DNA of 64,000 bases from Tubulanus polymorphus. Its lineage: Eukaryota; Animalia; Nemertea. Positions 1 through 12,000 of the stretch are shown piece after piece; positions within the stretch are counted from its first letter, which is position 1; the number at the start of each line of letters is the position of its first letter. The translations under genes were made by a program, and so were the position numbers. Where the stretch lies: contig NC_134029.1 in the NCBI RefSeq assembly GCF_964204645.1, forward strand, positions 9,326,850-9,390,849, in the 5' to 3' direction. Under the pieces are notes generated by a model that was not told the DNA's origin, did not search any database, and saw nothing but the letters and a program-made list of their open reading frames with translations.

Positions 1-11
1 GGAGTGACTCT

Positions 12-3000
12 TTAAACTCTCAATCCGGACACCGGTTCCTGTATGTTTTCGTAGGGAACCCCTTTCTTTGTGCCGCACAGAAGAATGCATGACGCGATCA
101 TACCCAAAACCTGTAAAAATATGAAAATTATATTAACAATGTACAAAGTAAACATTGATCAACTTTTTGAAAGAGGGAAGGATGCATTACGAGCATGCAA
201 TCAGAGTGAAAGTTTCATACACAAGAAAGGAATGCAACAATCTGTGACACCACCATTGTAACACCTTCAGTGGAAGCCTTCCTAAGCAAGGCTCCGCTGT
301 TGTTAGCCCTGTACAGTAACCATCTCTCACCCACGAACAACATACAGATCCATAAAGCCCAATGAATTTTATTCCAAAAGAATTAAACAAATACAATATC
401 TGACAGTTAAGTATTCCCATAGTTACATATAGATCGTATGATGTGAGAAAACTATTTACACAATACCAAAGTAAACTAGGGGTCTAGGGACACCATGCCC
501 ACTTGAGAAGTGGTTTCAAATGCTCAACAATCTAACAATTCCAATATTCAACGCCCCCTGGTGACCAACAAAAACCAATGACCTTGAAACTCACCAAAAT
601 CATAGAACATGTCAGCAGCTACGATTTTGTAATTGATTGTGATAACAAAATATGCCTCGTTACTATTTTAATAAGGAAATGCTAAGTTATTCTACTATTC
701 AAGCCCCCTGGTGACCATATGCAAAACCCAATGACCTTGAAACTCACCACAATCATAGAAAATGTCATGAACTACAACTTTGCAATTGATCATGGGAACA
801 AAATATGCCTTGGTACCAATCTAATAAGGAAATACTAAGTTATTCTACTATTCAACGCCCCCTGGTGACCATATAGAATAGCTAATGTCCATAAAACTCA
901 CTACAATCATAGATGATGTCATGAGCTTCAACTTTGCAATTTATTGCGGTAACAAAATACACATAGGTACAAATATAATATAGAAATACTAAGTTATTGT
1001 ATTATTCAATGCCCCCTGGTGGCCATATACAAAAACCAATTGACCTTGAAACTCACGAAAATCATAGAACACGTTATGAGCTACAACTTTCCAATTGATT
1101 GTGGTAACACAATATGCTTAGGTATCAATATAATGTGGAAAAACTTTTTCCCACCTACGAATCAGTACTGATGACACCAAAATGGCCGCCAATTGTGTCA
1201 TAATTGGCTGATCAAAAATACCTGTCTCAGGTATAAAAGATCCCTTTTCAAAGAATACCCATCACAAATTGCAATGAGAAATGACAAACCAGTAGGAAGC
1301 TACAGAACTCAGAATTCGGGCAAAAATTGACATTTTTGGGCACTAAAAAGGTCATAGAACGGCCATCTTGAGTACGATTGACCCAATATTTCTTAAGCTG
1401 ATGGGCCCTTGGGGGAATCAAATATATACCAAACATCAAGGTTATTGATCTGAGCGTCTTCAAAATTTCCTTCAAAAAGTTCCAAAATGTGTAAAAGCCC
1501 AAAGTGGGCTCTAAAGTCCCAAGTGGGCTAAAAACCCAATACCGATAACCCCCCAAATAATGGTCCCAAGATGGAACAGTGAAAGTTAGAAACCTAACTC
1601 TACTACTTCTAGTTTGATACAGCAAAATAATATTTTCCATATGCATAAAAATTGGACAGGTATTCATTCATTAAACTGACGTACACTCCGAGTCGGATCC
1701 ATTTACAGGGCTGTTGAACCTGGATGTTCGTTGAAATATTTTTAATACACAATTTATAAAATATCAGCCGCGATCTCACAGAGACAATTTGGCCCGTGCC
1801 AAATTGGCACGGATCAGGCTCAAGGCAAATTTGGCCCATGCCTAAAAAAGAGAGCCCATTCACATGCAAACCATTCACTCGATACTAAACCATGCTCAAA
1901 CAAAGCGAAGTGGGTCATCTCCCGGCTTTGACTCGGTTCTCCAGATGTGCCCCCCATCCTTGGTGACTGGCATCCGTGAATACACGAACTGGAGCCTCTA
2001 ACGGGGCTAGTGACACCCCGAGCCGAAGATTCGTAGTTGCCGCCCACCACTGAAGATCCGGACTTAGATCGGTTGGAGGTACGGGAATCAAGGCCTCCCA
2101 GTTGCCCTTCGACTGAGACCAGAAGACCTTCCAATATTGTTGCAAGCGCCTGCTTCTGAGGCGGCCTAAGGGCACCACCAGACCCATGGAGCTGATGGAG
2201 CCTAGAAGCCGTGACCAGTAACGAGCTGTTCTCGGGGTTGTGGACACTCCCGCTACAGCTTCTTGAAGTTTGGCTACTCGAACCATAGACGGAAAGACTT
2301 TGCCGATTCGGAGATCGAAGTCCATGCCGAGATAAGTGAACTGTTGGGCCGGCGTCAACTGAGATTTTTCCCTGTTTACGCAGAACCCTAGCTGATGGAC
2401 TAAGTCCAAGACTGAGGTCATTGCTTCCCGACATTCCTGAGCCAAATTCGCGACTATTAACCAGTCGTCGAGGTAAACGAACAGTCGAACACCCCTTGAC
2501 TGAAGTACCTTCTGAACTGACTTGACCAACTTGGTGAAAACCCACGGGGCCGTACTGAGGCCAAATGGAAGAGACCTGAATTGGAACTGGCGGCCTTTCC
2601 ACTTTATCCTGAGAAATCGCCGAGATTTTGGGTGAATTGGAACCTGAAAGTAAGCATCTTTCAGGTCCAATGAAGCCGCCCATTGACCCGGACGGAGCCC
2701 TTGAATCACGTCCTTGGGCTTGGTCATCCGGAACCTTGGAATGTCTAGGTGCCGATTGAGGGATGACAGATCTATCACTGTCCGTTGACCCCCTGTGGCC
2801 TTTGGTACCATGAATATTCGAGAAAACCAGCCGGGAGAAGTTTCGTTGCAAACTGGTTCTATCGCTCCCTTCTCGGCCAATTCCTTGAGAGCCGGAGAGA
2901 TTAAGGCCTCCTGACCTGGTTTCGGCCGCATGTCGGGAGGTGACCTCATCAGGCCCGGTCGCCTTAGGAAACGGAGACGGTAGCCACGAGAGACGACCCG

Positions 3001-6000
3001 GGAGGGCCAACCGTCTCCAAAGAGGTAGGACCAGTGGGTTGCTGCCTGCTGCAGACAACCTCCCACTGGTCCCAAGAATTCATTTCGAGTTTTTCCGAAA
3101 GGAAGAGCCCCTTTTTGGAGCCTTCCCCTTGCCTCGATACGAACCGGAACTGTTACGACCGGACGAGGCTTGACACGATTGTTGAAGTTGCGCGCTAGTT
3201 CTCCAACCGGCATCCGAAGCCGCCTGAGAAAGCGCTGAAGTTTGAGATGGTCCTGTTTGCGTCCGTGCCGAACCTTGCGCCGCCGGCGTCGGACCAGAAC
3301 GCTTTTTCCACGGAGTTCGGGGGTTGGACTTGGCCTGAACCTCCCGAATCTTCCTCAGCTCTGCGGAAACCGGAGCGCACCAACCGGAGAAGAGACGTGA
3401 AGACGTCCCCAATGGGGCTCTCAGCAAAGCATTGGACACCACATCCGGTAGACGAGTTTTGGAACTGGAGTCCATCACTGACTGACGGGAGGCTAACACA
3501 AGATTAGCCTGACCCCGAACCGACAACGGAATTACATGCGTTTACAGGTACGATCGACATGCCCAGTTTTAGGGCAACTGACTCTGGGTCGGAGCCCGCA
3601 TGAACGGCGGCGCGAGTCTCGCGAAGCTCACCCGTCAACACCTTAAGTGCCATATCTTGAAACGAACCAACCCTGGTAAGATTGTCCAGGATTGACGTCA
3701 TGGCCACCAAACCGGACTTAGGCAAACGAATACCTGACTGTGCTGTAACAGTATCCGGGCTGATCAAAGTATAATCAGCATCCAGGCAGTTATGACTGTG
3801 ATCCACAGCACCTGGAGTTGCGTAATACGCCGAGCGAAATGCGCCTATAGGTGCATCGGTTAAACTAAAATATTTCCCAGATTTCATACCCCGTTCTGGA
3901 GGGGGAAATGAAAATGTTCCAGGCCGACATTCACCCCATAATTGCGTATCCAATCGAGCCCATTCTCTCGAAACCGCTGACGATTCCCGTAAAACGTTAA
4001 GATCGGAGTCCGGAGGGCGATAAGCTTCCATTGACTCACCGACCAGAGGAGCTGCTGTGGGCTTAGCGCGAGTTGCCCCGTGCTTGACAAAGAACTCACT
4101 TATCATCGCTCTAAATGGCATGTCCCCCGCTGGTTCGGATAAAACTGAACGGGACGGAGATACATTGCGAGCCAGGGAAGCCCCCATCGTCTGGGGCAAC
4201 CCACAATTGCTCGCGACAGGAACGACCCCAGAAGGAATTGCCGCTTCTGGGACCGGATCCTCATTAAAATCAGACCCTACCGCAGCATCCAGGAATTCAG
4301 AGTCAGAATTCCGAAAAACTGAGTGGGCTGGCGAACTTCTAACCAGACAATCAGGAATAGGCTTACCTGTTGTAGAGGTTGCAGCGACTTGTTGCGACGA
4401 AGATAACAAGTTTAAAATTTTCTCCTCAAATACATGGAAATCCTTCTGAGTCAGGTATTTTCCAGTATCCCGACGATCATGCCGACTTCGGTGACGGTCC
4501 CTCGAACAGGATCGCGACCTACTAGAAGAATCGCTTTCATCGCTAACCGACGTCGACGAAAGATGAGAAGACCGACGGCGAAACTTCCGACAATAACGAT
4601 CGTAGTCCCTCTCACGATCAAACCTTGATCTGCGAGAAGGAGATCTTGCTCGTTTATTACGCTCACGGCGTCTAAATCTAGTGGGAGAGCGAGCTCTATC
4701 CCCGGAGCGACGATCAGAATCAGACGACGAACGAACCGGATGTTTTGAACCGGACGACGTCTGGACCGGACCGGTGCCCGGACCGGACCGAACCGATGCC
4801 CGACCCGGACCCGACAGGTACCGACCGAACCGGTGCGGGCCGTTCGCGACTACCGCGGCGCGCGCTCGGTTCCGAACGTGTAGTCTGAACCGGCCGAACG
4901 ACCAGAGACCGGTGAATGACCGGGGACCGGTCCCGGTGAACCAGCGTTCCTCCCGGGTGAACGCAGTTGGGAAGCCGATCGTACCTGAACGACCGGCGAC
5001 CGCTCCGCTTTACGTTAAGAAACAGGATTAGAAACGTCGGTTGGCACGTCGGCCGAAACCGACGAATCCCTGCTAACTCGACGACGATCTCTTAGTTTAA
5101 GAGCCTTATCGGCCCGAAGCCAAAGGTCCTCGGACCACACGTCGCAAATCTTGCAAGGATTGCTCCTTGCACATATTTGACCGGATTTGCGCCTGCACGA
5201 CGCACATGAATCGTGGTTGTCCCAGGCGCCAAACAAATGCCCGCATCCCTCCCCGCCACGATGCTGACCCTTAGGAGGGGGTGGCATAATTATCCTGTTA
5301 CAAATCAAAACAATTCAATTCAATCAAATTATATTTGTAAATAAAATTCTTACGGAAAAATAGAAACCAGGGATAACCCCCAAACCGAATGGACTCACCG
5401 TTATGAGAGTGAAAACTCCCTAATATCCTAATTCCCAGATTTTTACGGCGAAAAAATCCAACGCGTTCTACTGCGAGAACGCCAAGAAAAAAGATGGCGG
5501 ATTTCGCCGGTGGCTAAATGCAATACTGCAGGGCCGGGTCGTATAGAAAAACCATTGGCGATCAATCCAAATTTAGAAAATATTGGCAAAAACCATAGGA
5601 AAGGGTACAGTACTCGACCAAAATAATTGGACAGGTATTCATTCATTAAACTGACGTACACTCCGAGTCGGATCCATTTACAGGGCTGTTGAACCTGGAT
5701 GTTCGTTGAAATATTTTTAATACACAATTTATAAAATATCAGCCGCGATCTCACAGAGACAATTTGGCCCGGGCCAAATTGGCACGGATCAGGCTCAAGG
5801 CAAATTTGGCCCATGCCTAAAAAAGAGAGCCCATTCACACGCAAACCATTCACTCGATACTAAACAATGCTGAAACAAAGCGAAGTGGGTCATCTCCGGT
5901 ACCAGTTGCAATTCAAACGCAATCTTTTGTCTCGTGCTAAAATTTGGAACGGGCCTAGTCGGACATTATTGGTTGGGCCAAATTTGCCCCTGGCAAAAAC

Positions 6001-9000
6001 GCTTGTGTGATCGCGGCTATCATTACATTTAACTAGGAAATCACCGCAAAAAGTCTGACTTGTGCAGAGTCCACTGTAGTCAGAGTTCACTATTTGGTCC
6101 CACCAACCACACACCTGTCAAAACATTTTATTGAAAAATCAATATGAATTTTATCTTACCTGAATGAAAGCAAATGCTACGGCCACACCTGCTATAATTC
6201 CTAAATTATTTTTCATCAGTCCGTCGAATTTCGTAAAGCAGCCCTTGAAAGAATAACATTCACAGAGATAAAATAACTTAGCCTTTGTCATCTAATAAAA
6301 ATTATACAAATAGGCCTATGGATTACATTTTAGATTACCTCTTCGTAAATGGTATGATTGTAAGTTGGAAATTTCGATCCTTTATGGTAGATAGGATCAC
6401 AATGTTTGTCGTCGATGCAACAACTGGTTGGTACAGTATAATTATTAGCAGCCGACCAGCGATTCGTGTGCCAATCAGTGTAATTGTTGATACCACAGCA
6501 TTGCAGCTACAAAATGACAATAACACTGAAAGTTACCAATATGGAACATTTCTTCTAAAGATTATTTTATTATTTTCCATTTGCTCAGGTCATACATTAT
6601 TGCAAAAACGATTTTTATGAGAAGTTCAACAAAACTAGGGGTCCAGGGACACCATGCCCACTTGGGAAGTGGTTCCAAATGCTCAACAATCTAACAATTT
6701 CAATATTCAACGCCCCCCGGTGACCATATACAGAATCCAATGACCTTGAAACTCCCCACAATCATAGAACATGTCAGCAGCTACGATTTTGTAATTGATT
6801 GTGATAACAAAATATGCCTCGTTACCACTTAAATATGGAAATACTAAGTTATTCTACTATTCAACGCCCCCTGGTGACCATATTCAGAACCCAATGACCT
6901 TGAAACTCACCACAATCATAGAACATGTCACGAACTATAACTTTGTAATTGATCATGGTAACAAAATATGCCTAGGTACCAATATAATAAGGAAATACTA
7001 AGTTATTCTACTATTCAACGCCCCCTGGTGACCATATAGAATAACTAATGGCCTTAAAACTGGCCACAATCATAGATGATATCATGAGCTACAACTTTGC
7101 AATTGATTGTGGTTACAAAATATGCATTGATACGAATATAATATAGAAATACTAAGATATTGCATTATTCAATGCCTCCTGGTGGCCATATACAAAAACC
7201 AATGACCTCGAAACTCACCACAATCATAGAACACGATTTCCCTCAAAAAGTTCAAAAATGTGTAAAAAGTGCTGATTTTGGCGAACAACAATGGCTGCCA
7301 GTCGGCCATCTTGAATCTGACAGGGCCAGTTTTTGGGCTGAAGATGTGTCTAGGGTAGATACATGTGTAACCCAAATATCAAGACATTACCTTGAAGCGT
7401 CTTCAAAACTTCCCAAAATAACTGGATTCCGTCTACGGACGGACGGACGGACGACGGACGAAAAGTGAACGCAATAGCCCGCTGGGACTAAAGTCCCAAG
7501 TGGGCTAAAAATCAATAGATAAAGCATATGCCCTGAAGAATACATATACATACAAATCGATTACCGGGAAGTAAGAAAAATAGATGTACTGCACTTAAAT
7601 TAATCTGTTTTTATATTCAACATTCAAAATAGGTTTATTGACTGTATTTGACTGAAAAAACTTACCCAGTGTTGAATGTAATCCATTTGGTCTCTCATTG
7701 GATTTGGTTCAGGATTGCTGTAATTTGCCATGGCCTCTTGGAGAGAATCTTTCAAGGACGATTCAACCTGTAACAATAACCGACCATATCATAAATGCAG
7801 ATTTCTTACGAGCCATCTACATGAAATATTCCACAATCTAGTCCTAATCCTGCAACCCACCACATTATTAGCCAGAAGGTTTGTTAAAGATTAATTTTTT
7901 CCGTATAATTAGAGAGACAGGTAAAAACATGGCGTGACAACTCTGCTCACTATCAAATATGAAGCAATTTCATATATAATTATAATCAAGTCCTTCATAT
8001 CTGGTCAAATATAACCAAGAGATCAAATATCGATAAATGTTCTAGTTGACCATCCACTGTTTCACACAGACTCTTCCAGTCTTGAGCAGAATACCTGGCA
8101 GCTGTCTAAATTTTAAGTTTCAAATTAATACGTCATTGGACTTATATCTATATTCATAATACTTATACACGTATTCAAATATTCTGAGAAATAAACATCA
8201 TTCAGTCATTGAACACCGATGGCTGTCTTATGATTCGAAATATGGTACAGTGAGACTGATCGTACATGTCAAAATCTATGGTGGTCACAAGGAACGATCG
8301 TACACAACCCACAAATAGTCATTTGTTGTAATTGTCTGGTTATATCACGTTTATATTCTGCTTTGGATTATACTCTATACACCTTCCATATCTATATGGA
8401 TATAAGAATATAATAAAGAGTTTTTAAAAATTGAAAATATAATAGAGTAAGGGTGAAATTCGGTTATCGGAGGAGTTAGTCAACTATTTGCAATCTAAGT
8501 GAAACCGAATGTCATAAAGTCAGAATCACAGTCCCCATATAGTCAACCACAGGATTGAGTACAGTCGCTGTAGTTCGGACCTAGTTCCAAGAAGATAGCC
8601 GACATTGTGAAATGCGTAAGATCGATGTTTGCCTTGGGTGTAGCACGGATTTTATCTGTAGGCCTATGCATTAACATGTTCGCTGGCACCATGATTTTTC
8701 CCAAATTGCTTCTATCATTTATCTAAGAGTTCTCTCATACCGGTAGTTGGCAATGGTCCATTATTGGAGCCATCACATATTCAGACAGCCTGTTCAGATT
8801 TGACCGATGAGCATACGGGATGAAGCAGAGTATGTTCAAACTCCCAGCCAATAAGAAACCCGTGTAACGAAATAAAGAGGATGACTCAGCTAAGAGTTAA
8901 CTTGTAGTGGCTGAGCTGGAACAATACAATACCATATAAGCTGCGATTACATCTCTTGCATTTTTTACCCAGGCCAAATTTTAGTAATTTGTTTATTTCT

Positions 9001-12000
9001 GCAAGTTCCGGAAGTGACTCATTTCGCTTTGTTTAAGCATTGTTTAGTATCAAGTGAGTGGTTTGCATGTTAACCCGCTCCCTAATCAAGCATGGGCCAA
9101 ATTTGAGACATTGAAATAATGTCTCATCATTTCGTCAAAAGGCTTTACATTTGAATGATCTCATTCAACTGCACATTGATTGTTATGGGTAACTGGTGTA
9201 CAACTTGAAACATCAAGCAAAGCCTGGTGGCCAAGGATCAAAGCACCTTCATAGCTTATCAAATCCCTGGCCTTTTCAATGCAATTACACGAATTGTGCT
9301 AAAGTATTGAAATCAATGATAAGATTAGTCATAGACGTATAAACTGAGCATAAACTACACGCATTGATTAGTCAAACAAACGTATAGTGATATTTCAAGC
9401 TACTAACAACAGCCAAATTTTCCATGGATTCTTGTTGACCACAGATCTTCCAAATTGGCCGCACTTGAATTTGCTAAGCAGCCTTAGTATCAAATTACCT
9501 TAGTTCTGTAGACATATCCAGTTATTCCAGCTGCAACTTCCGCAAAGAATACGACCAACAAGATCATGAAGAACTGAAATCCAAATCGAAAAACAGTCTT
9601 TCAAATCTGCGCAATACATTTTTGTCTAAAATCAGATAAAAACTAGAAATGTCTAAAACTCCCCACAAATGCTGTACTGTTTGAAAGTACATATTTGTGC
9701 GAAATATCCATCCCGGGTCCCACCACTTCAGATAGTGGCATTTTTCTGATTCAACCTTTTGGCAAAATTGACACACTATTCTGCCCGACTGCTCTGATCT
9801 GTATATGAGCTACCGGTTATTACAGGAAGCATTTTCACAAAGCGATTGTGATTAGTTACAAATGCAGTGGCCTTGGAACCATAACGACTGCAGCGGTGAA
9901 AGCTGTGCCAATAGTTTACTGAATGACGATTTTTTTTGACGCCTTATAAAACGTTACCATTATGAAACTTAAACAATGTTAACCATTCAGCGTCATTTTA
10001 CAAACGACAACCGTAAATCGATGTGCAAAACGTCACAGGTTTATGTGTACACATACAAGCTATTTGGCAAAATATTATTGATAAAGATGTAGAATGGCTC
10101 CCTGTGATTATATAATGACCTCTATTTGAACGTCGAAATGTTATATTGCATTGAATATCATGATAAGAGGTATTGTAATAGTAAAGGATGTATGATTATA
10201 TCAGGAGCGGCAGGCATAAATAGAAATGATAAGTAAATCGGATTATTCGGTTAAATGGCGGATGTATACACGATTTGGAAGTCTGATATAAAAGTCAGAC
10301 CCTGACATGGGGATGCTAGTGGAATGACGAAGCTATCTACAATCTGAGTAGGGCCGGCGTGAATTTCATCGGCGGCTACAAGCGGTCTATATAAAAACGT
10401 GTAAACAAATAATTTCAATATTCAAATGTTTTAGAAAATATGTTCGATATTAGGGGTATTAGCAATCTATAATAGCATAGCTGTCATATACGGCTCCGCG
10501 TCCACTGATGGCATGTGTATAAGGTGACAATTCAATTCAATACTTTATTGATCCTTATTACATTGAAATTCCGGGATGAAATTCCCAAATTCAATAAAGT
10601 TACAAATTTTAGAATAAGAAAATACAAAATACAAGACACATGGGTAATTCATACAGAATAACATGAATAAGTTATTTAAATGACGATGTCAACCCAGACT
10701 CAAGTCTAGGATATCGAGTGACAGCCAAACCGGGCCCCGGGACCGGGCCGGCTGGCTACACGATATGCTCGAAGTCATGATGAAGCAGACATCAGAAGAG
10801 CTCTTTCTTCAACCATGGAGGCAATGAAGTTGCAGACCAGCTTAGAGCAAAAGTGAATCGAAGTCGGTCACAAGTTGACAATTTTTTTTTAATTAGACCA
10901 GTCGAAGACTGTATCATCGCCAAATCTCATAATTCCCCAAATTTCTTAAAACTTCGATTTCAAATTTGCAATTCCACATTAGCTTATCCCAGAAATTCTT
11001 CATTTTTTCGCAGGCGTCAAATAATTTATTAAAGTTAATTTTCTTGTTTCTTTCTATAGGGCCTACTTCGTTTTTGACGAAATCGAAGTAAATACATCGC
11101 TGCAATATTGGAACCTGTCAGAAATCGGCAATTAGCCGCAGCAATCAAAAATTGCTTCCAACGCGCTTTTCATTTTCAAATGCGAATAATCTGTAAGGGG
11201 AGGAGGGGGGCTAAAGAGTAAACGACTATGTTCAGCTCGGTTTTTACAAAACATGATGTACATACGCGCTTTGATTGGAAATGGCTACTGGATAAAAATG
11301 TTTAACAGCAAACTTAAATATGTTAGCATAATTGAAAATCTGAAATAGTATGGATACAGGTCGTACACAGGCAGAGGGGCACTGAAATAGTGCTTGTAAA
11401 GCCAAGAAGGGGGAGGTTAAGAATTAAGATTTTACGCTTACGTAATAAATGATCACTCACTCCCTATTATGAACTTACCACTGAAAGAAGACATTTGTTT
11501 TCTTTGATAACAGCAACGCACGCGACAATACCAACAATGAACAAGAATACTCCAGCAGCGATAACAATACTGGCCGGGATCAACAGGAATTCCGATGTAG
11601 CTATCTGATCTGGATGATTATATGTCGTGTATACTGATACTCCAACAAACATTAAAGCAACTGCAGCAGCCTGAAATGTACAAAATATCGAAAGTGTCTC
11701 AAAGGAAAACTAAGTGTTTAATAGATTAGTTGCAATTCGAAATTGATTTTTTCAAGGACTATAAACTCTGGTCAGTAACTGAATTGATTAATAAGGATAA
11801 GGATATTTTTGGTGTCCTATCCGCAGCCCAATAAAAAGCTACAAAACAGCAACATATGGTTAGAGGTTCATAACTACGAGGATTGATTCCACATAGGCCT
11901 AGTGAGTTACTGAGTTGGTTTTTGACTTTTAATTTGATTTAACCAAGAACTGTACAGAAATGGGTCAACAACTCTTTAACTATCTCCTGAACTCCTTTTA

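Noticed and set aside
187-420. 77-aa ORF with a CC motif as the last tetraspanin exon
   Set aside because: Exon 110-12 has a proper acceptor and gives the expected TM4 end and YxxPhi tail; this ORF is intronic.
1248-1667. Recurrent ORFs (..NRTQDGRSMTFLVPK..) here and at 56974, 60979 and 63298
   Set aside because: Chance frames inside copies of non-coding repeat R1; lengths and frames vary between copies.
4057-5031. Plus-strand ORFs antisense to DIRS gag
   Set aside because: Shadow frames of GC-rich, low-complexity gag sequence; no recognisable motifs.
1650-5897. A/A' as LTRs or Ngaro/PAT split direct repeats
   Set aside because: The repeat includes half of an unrelated MITE that is complete only in the right copy, and it cuts the RNase H; not an element terminus.
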